NCBI GenBank assembly: GCA_002633005.1
Contig: NMRA01000065.1
Span: 1,097,276 to 1,161,275 of the forward strand
Direction of reading: 5' to 3'
Source: Phoronis australis
Lineage: Eukaryota > Animalia > Phoronida
DNA: 64,000 nt
Shown here: piece after piece, positions 37,901 to 51,100 of the stretch
How positions within the stretch are numbered: position 1 is the stretch's first letter
Layout of the letters: every line of letters begins with the position of its first letter
The notes under the pieces: model-generated
Told to the model about the DNA's origin: nothing
What the model saw: the letters and a program-made list of their open reading frames with translations, nothing else
The model's database searches: none
Program-made: the position numbers and the translations under genes

Positions 37901-40900
37901 TTGTTCCAAACCACACAAATTACATTGAAATGGCAATAGTGGAAACTCGTTCTCAAAAATGTGAGCATATTATATCCAACTATTACATGAAAATCCCCAG
38001 AGGCAGGTGCAGTAATATTCGGCGAATTTACTTTTAAGTGAAGCATTTTGAACCAAGTGAGCTCAAACATCAGAGAAAGGTACAAGAAATTTCACATGGT
38101 ACGCCACTTAACTTTATGTAAAAGCTAGAACTTGTTACAACTCAAATTTTATCATGTATTTTGTAAATTGAGAGTATTGATTTCCAGTGCCCACAATAAG
38201 ATCATGAGATTTACCAATATTTTACTGGAAAGTTACCAAACAAGTAATTACAGTATTTCCACATTGCTCATACTTCTAAAACAAGTTCAGGTGATTTTAT
38301 ATCAGGAAATAGACCAACTGCTTCAAAGGATTGTAATATGGTCAAACACATTGTAATTTTCACCAGAATGGATATATTTCGGTGTAGTTCCGCACAGGTT
38401 TAGTTCGTCATTACATCTCAGTTTTACAAGATTGCGAATTAGGACGAGGAACACGCTGCCTCACCCGTGTCGCCTACACCACAATACTGATTCAACGTCC
38501 CATACCGACAGCAATAAAGCAACACAACATCCAATAGCAATGTGCCCTGTTACCGGAGCATTCAGAGGTATAGTCATCCTATCTGGCAGCTAACTAATAA
38601 TATCCATTATATGTATTACAGAGCAAAATGGTTTCGGCCAATTGCATGCTATACCTTGCCCAAAGTCTAATAGCAAGTTACATCAGTGCAATATACACTT
38701 CTCATAGCAAGAAGGCAGATCTGTTGTCTGATTTGGGGACAGACAATAAGAGCACAGATCAGATTATGTGATGAGCGTTCAGTCCATGAATGTTCAAATG
38801 TGAACTTTAATCAGACGGCAAATCAGACGTCCAAACTGTTATCTATTGGACAGCAAGTGAATGCTGATTCTGCCTCAAAAGCTGATCTCAGGACCATTCT
38901 ACGAAAATTAGTAACTAAATAATCTATCAATATAATTACTACAAAATGTTATACTACAATTTGTGATTATGACAATTATTATTTTAACTTTTTAAGTGGT
39001 TTTTCAGTAAGGGGTCTGTGAGACAGTAGTAAAAGATTTAAAGAACGCTAAGTAAGCACCATGTGTTCTTGTCATTTACATTCAAATTTCAAGGAAAATT
39101 TTGCCCTTCATTCTATTTGAATAGATATATTCAGAAATTTGTCATAAATTTGATGTCAGTGCTGAAATTGGCAGTAGTCTTTCAAACTGCCATTATAAGG
39201 AAACAGGGTTCAAAGTAATGACATGCAAAGAACAGCCATTACCCGCAATACCACACTGTTCTTTTTGATTCAGAAATATTTACCCACTGTGGGCAGCTGT
39301 GCATCAGCAGGGCACACATGTCCCACGGTTGTACATTTTCACCTGACGGGCAAATAATTATTTCACATTAAACAAAAGTTTTTGCATTCAATATTCAGGT
39401 GACAATCAAGTTTTACTGTTACTCAGTGAGGTGTGATACGTTGTTCTTCCCTTGTCCAACTCGATTCAGAACACTGAATATTAGAGGCCATTCTTTTCGA
39501 AAACTGAGTGTAAGTCAATCATTTGATTTCTTTTTCTATCTCCAGAAAAGAGTTGAATTTGAGACGAGGGAACTGATCTTTGATTTTGGTTCGGTCACAA
39601 AGCAATGGCAGTATCTAGAATAGCTTGAGCTGCATTTTGCCCTGTTCAGGGGCTAAAAAACAAAAAAAAAATGTATAAAAGTTGATCTCACAAAAACAGT
39701 ACCAAAACATCTCTCACTGTGATGAAGGATACTATTTCCATTACCCACAAGACACCATGATGAGCCAAGCTTTTTCTACAACACGATAATTTGAGATCAG
39801 ATGAAGGTGATAACATTGCTTAAACTAAAAGCCCTTCAGTTAAAATTCAAAATCAACAGGTAAATGGGCAAAATGCAGCCTCTCAAGAGGCATTAATCCA
39901 GCCTTGCATCACAAAAACACCTTTTGGTTTAGACCACTTACCACCATGAAATTGTTCTCAAATTGTTCTTTAGTCAAATTAGAGGTAATATAATAGATTC
40001 AAAAGGACAGCTCATTATGGCTTGAGACAAAGTTGGCTCACCATGGACGTGTCATTATAAAGTGTGGAGCATGGTCTCAAAAAAACAACAAAACTCACAT
40101 CTTTACAAACCCAGATATAACTTCTCATCTTTAGACCAATAATGCATAGGCAAGTAATCTAAATCTAAAAGCTGCTCCTTGGGTTCAACAACAGCTTTGA
40201 AGAATTCATTCACTTTAAGGTAATTGTCAACCTTCGTGAAGTCGTGTCACTTCTTCATCAAATAATGTTTATTATTTTCAACATGTAAACGTGTCATTTT
40301 TTGAAACCCTGTTGACTGAAAAACTAGGATTTGTAATTGCTGTACAATTTATATAATCACGTGTCCATCAGTTTTAAGAAAATTGTCCTTTTTAACAAGG
40401 ATTTCTAAAAAATCTACGCTAGAGACAATTTCCTGTTTAAACTACATATTCTTACAGTCACGGAACTGCATCCCACACTTCTATTTATCCTCAAACAACA
40501 GTATAAGCCATAAAAGTTGTTTTTAAACCAAGTCGCAAGTCTTCATTTTTCATCTGAGTTGATTAAAAGGAAATCAAACACCTGAGACCCAATTCCCTTG
40601 AACCTAAAAAATAAAATATGAGCGCAAAATTTAACGAAAATCGACTCATGTACTAACCAGATATTAAATCTGCTAAAAGCACCAGAAATCAAAAGACCTT
40701 AACAGATTTGCCAGCTGGGTGTAATCAAACGAAGTCACCCCAATTAACTGGCATTTATGACTGGCATAGTATCATGGATAAAAAACGGGGGTCACAGGCT
40801 TGTTTCCAGATGTCCAAAAAAGGTAATTTATGATGACTAAATAGAAATACAAAGAATAGAAATGAAAATAAATAGGCAAAAAGCTATAATATCTGGAAAG

Positions 40901-41469
40901 CTGGGCTGCAATAAAAACTACAACAATAAATTTGGCATTTAAATTATGTGATAAAAGAAATTTTATGGGCAATGAATAGCAAAAATATATGTAATTTTAA
41001 ACAAGAACTTTTAAAAAATTGTGCAAATCTTGAATTTCCTTAAGTAAACAAAAATTGAAATGTGACTTTTTATCAGCAATATGATGCTTACATTTAAAAC
41101 ACAGCCAAATAGTACATTTATAAACACTCAACAAATAGAAGAATTAGATAACGAGAAAAGAAATTTTGTAGGAAAGGCAGTGCCTGTAGTACAAGAACAT
41201 TGAACTTGGCATTTATAACTATGATGTCTTGACCATGGCGATGTCCAGTGACTAATGGCTCTACTTGCTGGTCATATAACAGCAGTCATGATAAGATACC
41301 AGCAATAAACAGCCTTTTGTACCAAAGGTGTGTACCTGGTTTCCAGTACTCCTGAATCATTTATGGTGGTGATTGAGCCACCTGTGACATCACATTCTTA
41401 ACCTCTATCTGGCCGATGTCATGGTACTCCCAGTAGAACTACACATAGACATATATATGGAAGTTTAAA

Positions 41470-41548
41470 ATGCCTGGTCATCTTCATTATGTTGTTTTGT
41501 TCATGGTTTTGTCTCTTGGGACCAACTGTAGAGCAGCAGACTATACAA
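41470..41548 (+). CDS. Gene 2 exon 1, signal peptide (MPGHLHYVVLFMVLSLGTNCRAADYT)
   Basis: AAAATG start, hydrophobic core, CRA cleavage-like site, and a GTAAGT donor in phase 1. Confidence 0.82.
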
Positions 41549-44500
41549 GTAAGTAGACATCTCACATCAGTCTTGCTTTAGCTATTAATACTAAAGCAAA
41601 AATCTCACCAATTAAAGATACAATATGAGGGGCAGACGAAATTATATTTTCACATTTTTTTCACAAGACACATAGCATCAAATTAATGCTTTAAATTGTT
41701 CAAACTCTATACCGCAGCTACCATGAGAAAACATTTTGAAAAACTGTGAACATTCGCAGCAATTTTATGGATCTGTAAAAACAAAAAAGGGTAGTCATGG
41801 TAATTATTTTTGTCCTACACAGATTGATTACAATATAACAAGTCAGGTTCTGCTTTCATACTGATGATGAGGAGTGAAACATGCAGTTTGGTATCAGTAC
41901 ACTGAAGCTTCAGACATGAACAAAACCTGCAAACAGATTTGATGGAATTTTGAAAATACCTTAGATGTGTCCACTCCAGCCTAAAACAGAAGAGACTGTT
42001 ATGTAGGACCTGTTGGCAAGTATATAATTAATCAAGTATGTAAAAAACTACAAAAATTAACAATGTAAAAAATATATTTTCTGAAAAGAAACTTGCTTTA
42101 GACTGCTTTTTAACTTTATACCGACTCCCTGCCATCAATTGGGTGGTCTATAACATGGCCTAATTTCATTGACAAAATGTGCAAGATGAAATCTCCAAAA
42201 CCTTGTTACAATATATTTTAGCTTTAGTGTTTGTGCAACATGTTTTATCATAAAATCTCAATAGTCCTATAGCCTGACAACCCCTTCATGCAAGAGTGGA
42301 AAATCTCAAAAAACAATGCATAACAGAGTTCAACAGAACAATGCATAAAACACAGTATGTCAAAGTTTCATAGGATTCTGATAAGCCGTTTCTGAGACAT
42401 GTCATCTCAATTTAGCCAAATTTGGACACTCTCCAAGGTCTTATATAACCTTACAATTGACATGAACTTCCTGCTTTCAGAAATATCTCTATCCAACTGC
42501 TACGGAGGCTGGTTAACTCTCTCCTGCACCTATCCATTAAATTTACGAATCATCGATGGAGAACTACATCGCAGCAAAACAGCGTCATGTGATCTAAGAA
42601 CCACTAAATGCTCTAATCCCATCAGTGCGACAAAGCCGGTTTATATGCGCTCAACTGTTGCAAAGTGTACACAGCAGTATTGCCGTATTCAAGTCGACTG
42701 GGCCAACATCAAATGTGGACTAATATACCTTAGCAACTACGCATCTTTTGATTACATTTGTATTCAAGGTATGTCACTTATTCCACCTAAATAGTACACA
42801 TTTTTATGCACATAACTTAATTAATAAAAACTCCACTATAACTGAGAACTAATTAGTCAACATAGCCTATCATAATATGACAATCATTTTAAACTAAGAA
42901 ATCGGTAAAAAAGTCTTTGAATTACGTCAGCACGCAATATCAAACCAAGCCACTAAGTTAACAGAAAGCTGTATCTGATAACTGCCATTTTCTCATTTGA
43001 CACAAGACTTGAGACAGAAGCACCAGTTTTCTTGACTGAACTTAGGGTATCAAAATCGGGAATCAATGTAAGTGACTCAGTTGCTTAAAATTGGGCATTG
43101 AAATTCTTCATAAGATTAGCTTAGTGTTTGCAAGATAGTTCACAAATGGGACTTAACTGATTACTTTCTAGATGACGATGTGTCACACTTCTGCAGCAAT
43201 AGCTCAAAAGGTGACAGTTCTAGAGGCCTGCTGGAGACTGCACGATATCCCCACCTACAACCGCCTGGCACCACCCTGGACTCTCAGTCGGTTGAGTGTC
43301 GCTGCCAACTGCAATCTTCTTCAGACATATCCCTTGTTATCAACGAGATGTATATGGAACGTATCCAAGAACTTGTGGTTCAAACCATAGACAAACTAAC
43401 CAAAGAAAGAGGTCCTATCTACATCACTTCCAAGACAGTTACATCCACATCCCCAAAGATGGCGATACTGGTGAGGAGCGGATACAATGGAGTCATACCT
43501 GGACGCCTTTCAATCAGATATTTTGGTAAGATGAAATTGCTGATGTCATCGTTTCCGAGATTTTCGTATTTCTCAAAATTCAAAGGGTTGGCATTTAGCA
43601 TAGTAGTCAAGCTGTAGGCATCACAAAAGGACTTTTCAAAAAGTTGAGGATGGCGTTTAGTCAAACTGACAATTTTTAGTTAACCAAGCATTGCTATAAG
43701 CCACTTCGTAAGCAAATCATGCGCAATATAGACAGTGAGCTTCTCATGAGTCGAAGGTGAGTGAACAGCATGCTGCTGTGTTTGAGGAGCTGGAGTGAGT
43801 ATTATGATTGTATTGTGCTATAAGTTACCAAAAGCTTTAGATATGTCATGTACTAAAGTGGTTGAGTTAAATGATGCATGGACATTTCAAAAATAAAATT
43901 CAGAAAATTAGATGATGGCCCTTTAGCCAAACGTAAACATTAATCCAAAGAAATACAAGTAATTGATGAACATCTTTTCAGCAAGCTCTCCAGTGACATT
44001 GAGGTGTTCTCCCTCAGAGATCTCAGAGACACCAGTGATACTACCAGAGACAACTCCAATGGAACTACGGACATCAGCACCCTCTGGTGGAGACTGGAGT
44101 AAACACACAACTATTCAATCAAATCAACAACCTGGTCAAACCTACATGCCAGGTGAATACGAGAAGTGCGAAACACAAAACAAGAGGGCTGATGATACTT
44201 GACAAAGCTTTTGTAACAATCGACCATTTGCGGTATAACACATACCAGGTCTCAAAACTGTTGCAATTTCAAGTGTTGTCTAACAATATGCCTTCAGTCA
44301 AACCCATGAGTTAAGTATTTAGCTCACTGGTCAAATACTGCCACTCAAAAACAACGATGTTTTTATTATTGTATTATTTAGTATTTAGCATCTTCTAACA
44401 AGCTACTATAGCTATAACAAATAGGCCTTCATTTATGTTTTCAAAAGCTCAAATGGCTCAATATGATGGCAAAGTTTTAATTTGATTAGGAGATGAAGCA

Positions 44501-45533
44501 AGCTTGGAAATGTTATTGAAGAATAATGACAAAAAAAAATGTTGTGCAATCTACCTTATTTTCAAATTTCTTCCCTTCTAGTGGCCTCTTACTTGGGTGT
44601 TCTAATAGGACTGGCCCTCAGCTTGCTCTCAATGGCAATTTTGATAACATTCATCATAATCAAAAAGTAAGTAGCCCATGCCAACATTTAGCTCAAACTT
44701 CCGCAATATTATCAACATTTACTCACAAGCATTGCTTGCTATAAGGTAGACAATAGTCTGAATAGTTGGACACTGTTGTGTTAACATTGGAGTTGACTAT
44801 GTGAATTAAGTGATCATAAATAATATGCACATGACAATATTTACACCAAGGTTCTCATGTCAGCCATTACAAGAACTATAGCAGTTATTCAGGAAGCCAA
44901 TCATGCACTTACTTCCAAATGCATGTAGGAGATAGCTAATATAGAAGTTAGAACAATCAAGCTTAAACTTCCTTCTAATTTTATTACAGGAAGCCTACAG
45001 GATGCAAATGCAAACGACGAAAAAAGGCACCATCGAAAAAGTTTGTAACACATACGCCACCAACAATATCAAAAGTGGACATTGGTGATCCCCAACTCTC
45101 CCTTGGCAATGGGCAAATAAGAGGCCAGTCAAACACAGGATATGAAATCAGTGAATATGATGACGACAGTTTTGAGGAGTATGACTCGGACTTTGATGGC
45201 GACTTCAGTGACCGACAGACCAGTGAGACCACAGCCAGCGAGGACTACCTAGTGCCAGTGGGCCACACAACAAAACACAGTGATGGCCGCCAGCAAGCAC
45301 AAGTGACAGAACAGTGTTTGGCAGATAGAAAGGCAGATCCAGTAACATACCATGAGTATGGCCATAATGGGGAGGAGCCAATATATGAAGTCATAGAGGA
45401 AGACTGTTCAAGCGACAGTTTACGGAGGCGTCAGAGCGCAGCAGAAGCATACATTAAGTCTAAGGAGGTTACAGCGATGACCGTGCGAGAACGTCCTGAG
45501 ACTATTGACACATATGATGTGACGCAACTGTAG
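41470..45533 (+). CDS. Receptor gene 2: same architecture, 506 aa, 6 coding exons
   Basis: Exons 41470-41548, 42481-42768, 43172-43525, 43982-44152, 44582-44666, 44990-45533. Phases 1,1,1,1,2. Total 1521 nt, open to TAG. Confidence 0.88.
42481..42768 (+). CDS. Gene 2 exon 2, SUEL-type lectin-like domain
   Basis: ctttcag acceptor and GTATGT donor. Eight Cys; CYGGWLTLSC..LRIIDG..SNYASFDYIC. Confidence 0.88.
43172..43525 (+). CDS. Gene 2 exon 3, CUB-like domain
   Basis: tttctag acceptor and GTAAGA donor. HFC..RGLLETARYP..ECRCQL..GRLSIRYFG. Confidence 0.85.
43982..44152 (+). CDS. Gene 2 exon 4, last Cys plus short P/S/T stalk
   Basis: ttttcag acceptor, CCAG|GTGAAT donor, phase 1-1. Encodes SPVTLRCSPSEISETP. 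Confidence 0.8.
44582..44666 (+). CDS. Gene 2 exon 5, transmembrane helix (VASYLGVLIGLALSLLSMAILITFIIIKK)
   Basis: cttctag acceptor, GTAAGT donor, phase 1-2. Confidence 0.9.
44990..45533 (+). CDS. Gene 2 exon 6, cytoplasmic tail
   Basis: attacag acceptor in phase 2. Juxtamembrane KPTGCKCKRRKK, acidic Tyr motifs, EDYLVP, PIYEVI, ends TYDVTQL-stop. Confidence 0.88.
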
Positions 45534-45853
45534 TGCAATAAACTATGTGTCTATATAGATATATTGATGACAATACTTGACCCACTTTGATATTAAATAT
45601 AACACAAAATACAATAAAATATAAAACAATATGACAGGAAGCAATTTCATGGATTACAGTAACTGCTGAAGTAAGGTATTAAAAAAACTTTAAAAATAGT
45701 TGCAGGTTTTCAACAACTGTAACCTTAAAAAGAGCAAACAGTCTGCTGCTTATCAATAAGGGCAGCAGCTAATCAATATTTGCACAACACCTGAAATATC
45801 TTTAAAATATACCAATTGTACATTCATAATGAATTCTTAAATTCCTTAGACTT

Positions 45854-46053
45854 CAAATAGGTGAATAAAACAACAAGAATGGATCAACTGAAATTTTCAG
45901 ATGTAATAACGTCCTTTGTCAACAGAAACAGAAATAACGCAAAATATATTATTATTATTATATTTTGCGTTATTTCTGTTTCTGTTGACAAAGGACATTA
46001 TTACATCCGAAAATTTCAGTTGATCCATTCTTGTTGTTATAAGTACCTATTTG
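45854..46053. repeat. Near-perfect 200-bp palindrome (fold-back/MITE-like) just 3' of gene 2
   Basis: AACAACAAGAATGGATCAACTGAAATTTTC..AAATAACGCAAAATATA, an (ATT)n loop, then the reverse complement; only a few mismatches in the inner ~80 bp. Confidence 0.95.
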
Positions 46054-47137
46054 TATTCTACATTTCGTGAAACAATAGCATCCTTGGGAGGATCTGGATT
46101 GCCTTATTTAGTTTCAGAGTTATTTTCTACGTTATTAGACTTCAAAAAACCTAACACTCACAGAACAGCAAAAACTGCAAAATTTGGGGCAAAATCATTC
46201 ACAAAAAGAGGATGATTAGATTGTAGACACTAACCTACTGATTGTAGTCACTGACCTACTGATTTTGTAATTACGCAATGCTATCCAAAATATTCAAAAG
46301 GAAACATTTTACCCAAGTATAATTAACTTGTAATTTTCTAATAAATCTGCAATAAACACACATTCAGTCAAAGAAACAAGCTTTTGATGGTCAGTGATTA
46401 GCACGGTCTCTTGACACTTGGCATATGCAAAATGTGAGTTAAATTCTCGTCAAAAGCCACAAAAATTGTGCCCTAGGCTCACTATTCTCATGCTACTTTG
46501 TGTTCAGTTTTGTATTCCTTCAAGGATTGTAGTAGCAGATGTTAATTTTTAAAATGAAAATTCAAAAACATAATATATTTTGCGTTATTTAATGATACTG
46601 AATCTGGTGCATCAATTCAAAACAGCGATGCAGTCTCAATTATCTTTCAGCATTCACAGGTCACCTTCATAATCCATCATCACCACCAATAAGTTCAGTT
46701 ACCATTCAATTTCTCAAAGTGTTACTGACTCCTCAGGCATTGTGTAGTTATACTCTGAACCTATCGACTCTTGAGAGAAATATTATTTATAGCAAAAGGC
46801 AAAGAACAAACTATCAGAGCAACATTTTCAGTTTGAAAATACCACTTAGCTAAAATTGAAAGAAATCTTGATACCTATGACTAAGACTATTGAACAAAGA
46901 TGTTGAATAAATCAAAATTGTTTTCACTGTTATGAACAATGTTGTACTTATTAATGGGATTCTCAATAGTAACTTAGTTTAAATAAAAAAGCTTACTTTA
47001 AAATCATTTTTACAACAACTTTTAATGTAATTTCTTCATGAATCAAGCCGTTTGTTTAAAACTATAAAAACATTTTAAGAATGCAGAGAACAACAAGCCA
47101 CCTCAAATCAGACTGATGAGCACTGAGCACCTGAACA

Positions 47138-47151
47138 GTTGCCATGGCAAC
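47138..47151. promoter_or_regulatory. Perfect RFX X-box palindrome GTTGCCATGGCAAC, with CCAAT at 47184-47188, upstream of gene 3
   Basis: Exact match to the RFX consensus. A strong donor (GAG|GTGAGT, 47351) follows, as expected for a 5' leader exon. Confidence 0.5.
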
Positions 47152-48041
47152 CAGCTTGTAGCACATTAACCTGGCAATATCAACCAATAGGACACTGTCA
47201 AATGTGCTTTGATGCTCACAGCAGATTAGTCATAGTTTCAGCACAAGATATATGACATTACGGAGAAATGGAATCCATTATGAGAAGCAGTTCTGGAGTT
47301 GCATTGCAGGAACAATAACAAGTTCTTCAGCCATTATTCAGTTCCCTGAGGTGAGTTCATTGCATTGTCAGAACTAAAATTTGTACCTATTACAAATTTC
47401 ACAGTTGAATCTCATATCATTGGATCTTGTTTGTTCCCGGTTCATTGTCAATCCAACATGGCAGACAATGCTTTTAATTGCCACTTGTGGAACACTACAG
47501 CACCACTCTGATTCAGCAGTTTTTACCCACAATACTGTGCATTTGTAGGGCATTAAACCCACACTTCAGCTTGCCTTGATGCCAATAAGTTTTTCTGTTG
47601 CATGGTGAGTTTCATGGTGAGACATCTTTTCCAACTGATCATAGATGCTAGCATCTAACTTTTGAAAACTACATCAATCATAGAATTTATTTTCTACCTT
47701 TGGAAAAAGTAGACTTAGATCTGGAAAATAACCTTTGACCTAACAATATCCTCATACGATACAGGATGGACGGCCAGTTACTACCTAATCATGGCTGCCT
47801 CAAGTGAGCTAATTAGCGGAAATCAGCCACTGCTTGTCGTTTTGAGACCAAAATTTGCAATCAACCAAACTAAAGGTGCAGTGAATATCTTTTACAGGAC
47901 ATGAGACATAAGCAGTTGGTGGATTAGGAAGAACTACAGGAAACCACACATATCCTCCACTGACACCACTGGCAATATTTAATTAGACAAAATAACAGAT
48001 AATTGTCATCTTCACCAAACTGCCCAGAGAGTGGACGAGAA

Positions 48042-48135
48042 ATGGTGGCTTACCAGGATCTTACTACAAAGAAAATGTCTTGGATATTGATTTTACTGAC
48101 AGTGTGGACAAGTGTAGACATCACGCACACTAGAG
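48042..48135 (+). CDS. Gene 3 exon 1, signal peptide (MVAYQDLTTKKMSWILILLTVWTSVDITHTR)
   Basis: Two in-frame ATGs (48042, 48075), hydrophobic core WILILLTVW, and an AG|GTAAGA donor in phase 1. Confidence 0.65.
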
Positions 48136-51100
48136 GTAAGATCTTAACATAATGGAGGACCCTAGAAGAATGGCCATATTTTTCTAACTTTGGAAATCAT
48201 AATTCTAGGAAATAGCCGATTGGATTCATAAAAAATTCAGATATTATTCTTTATACACTGCTTAGCACTGTTCTCCAAAGCGGTGTTAGAAAGGAATTGT
48301 TTTAAAGTGTTCCACTTGTACATGAGGGGCTATCAAAAATGGAATTTCATAAATAAAAACAAAATGATATCACAGAAAACTGTAACAGCGTTTTTGACAT
48401 TTCAGATTGAAAAATTAAATTTGGTCAAGAGCGTTAACTTTGTTTTTTGCTACATTTATTCAAAATACATGGTCACATGACCCAGTAAATAGAAGATTGA
48501 AAATTTCATAAATCAAATTCTACTGGCTTTCTACTTTGAGAAAATATGTACTTTTATGGAGCTAAAATCAAATGACAGCAGAGTTCAGGTAAAGTAGGGT
48601 AAAGTTTTGTTTTAAATTTTATTCTTCAACAATATACACAAATAATTTTTTCAAAGGGTGAAAGGGTGAACAAGGAAAAGGGGTAAGGACTTTCACTCAC
48701 ACACTCACACACTCATTCACACACTTCATCACTTAATAATAATACCACTGAACAATATATGATACAGATACTACAGATTCATTGCATGGCAGCACTGAGG
48801 CACATTTTAATATTAATGTTGTCTGGTTCCTTTTGTTTTTGAAAATTAAATATTGTAATTTTAATATATTTTGACATGAATAACTTAAGGGCAGACCAAT
48901 CTGGATGCATCTGCTGCTGGCTAAGTAAATAAATAAAATATTGGGCAATAGTGATAACATAATTAATCAACAGGGAGAATTCATTCTTGGTTATTCTGAT
49001 GTCTTCCTCAAAGGAAGATGACAAAATATCCTGAACATTAATCAACAATCTTGGCACTACACCACAATGGAAAAATATGTTCAGTATTCTGTACTAGATT
49101 ACAATAGGGGCATTTATCTGAATTAACAATCTTCATCTTATATAACAAAGAGTTAGTATACACTCAGTTATGTAACAACATATACTTAAAAATTTAATGA
49201 TTTAATGCATGGATCGAGGGGAAGTGTAAAAGGCAAGGAATAAATTTTTCGGATATTTTGTTTGGAATAATGCTGCAACAATTTTTCATAATTGTCTGGT
49301 TTTTTGCAATATTTTTGTAACAAAATACTCTTGATTATTCTTTTGCAATTTTATTGTTGCAGCCAACCAATCGCTGATGACCTTGATCAATTTTTCTAGA
49401 TAAAATAATACATATTGAATTAAAACTTAGAATTTGAGAATTTAACAATATTTATTTTGCCTTGAGCACCTCACACGATAAAAGCTTATTTTCAGCATCA
49501 AGAAATTCATTGATGAAACATAGTCCATTCTTAGCAAACTCTTTATAATATAGTGACTTATTATAAAGTGTTATCTCCCTGTTATACCATATAATCTGAT
49601 CACAAACAGGTACATCTTTAAAAGCCTTATGATTCAACTGCTCACTCACTGACAAAACCTCTCTATAAAAATCATCATTTACCGTTCTAAATAGTTTGCT
49701 TACTTTAAAATTACATGACCACAACAGTTCACCACCATAATTCTTGAGCATATGTTGTGGATAACACTTCCAACTTCCACATTCTGGAGACTGAAGTCTT
49801 TTAACCCAGTGGACTAAAAGGCCTTCCTTTATAAGGGTCATGTCAGGAACTTTTAAACCACCATCTTCATGAGAGGTCATTGCAATGCTTTTCTTTATTT
49901 TAGGTGGTTTCCCTGCCCAAATAAAATCATTCAAAATGTTGTCTATTCGTTTGCACAAATCCCTTGTCAATCCAAGGACAGATATAACATGAATCAATTT
50001 GGATAACGCAAAAGCTTTAGTTATGATAATTCTTCCCTTAATTGCTAATTTTCTTGTTTTCCAAATACTTAGAACTTTCCTAAGTTCCGAATTTTTGCCC
50101 ATTTTTTCTTTTTGATATTTACCGAAGTAAACGCCCAGACATTTAATATTTCTTTTTGGCCATTTTATATCACACATTTTCTTAAGTTCAGACTGGTGGC
50201 CTACTAAAAAACATTCCTTTGCATTTTCGCCTATTTAATTTAAGATCAGACTGTCACCAAATCTTGTGAGAAATTTAAAGCATTCTGTTCCCGACATTTC
50301 ATCCTGGGGTTAGTTCTAATGTAATGACTCATGAACTCCACACATAGTATAAACAGTTGACTACTTACGGGGTCCCCTTGACGAAGGCCTCTCTTAACAT
50401 TAAAATAACCACATGTAAATCCGTTGTTTTGAACACAAGACATAATATCATTATATATTGTTTTCACACGTTGAATAAATTTGGGACCAAATTTAAAGGC
50501 CAGAAGGGTTTTCTGAAGAAAGGACCAATTTAAAGTCATACGCTTTCATAAAATCTAAGAGTACAATTTGTCCATTGAGATTATTATTTGTATAATACGA
50601 TATTATGTCCTGTATTAATCTAATATTTTGACCAATAAATCGTTTTGAAACAGACGTTTGGTCTGGATGAATAAGCTTATGAATGTACTTATTTAGTCGG
50701 TTGGCAATAACCTTTGTAAGTTGTTAGTTGGCACATTTAAATTGAATTCATAATGGTTTATGGAATTGGACTTTTGCATTTTCAATACAAAATCTTCTCT
50801 GGTTGCTTATAAGTCAGGCGATGTTCGGCCAGCACAAATTGCCAAACAACAATCAAATGGATTTTAAACAAACCTGTTGCAAATGTCATTATTTTTATTG
50901 ACATACTTTACACGGGTAGGTATAGCACAGCTCAGACATCAATAAAAAAACTATACCATGAAAACATGGGCAAGGTAAGGTCATGAATTTGACAACACAA
51001 CGAGACTCCATTCCATTTTGTTTAGCTTACAACATTTTGAAGACTTCACCGAACCGCATTCAGTCGGGGTTTAAAAATATCTCCGTGCTAATCTGACCTT

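Noticed and set aside
41861-41895. Second hammerhead-like motif (CTGATGA..GAAAC)
   Set aside because: No convincing stem II, and no NUH cleavage triplet with stem I pairing.
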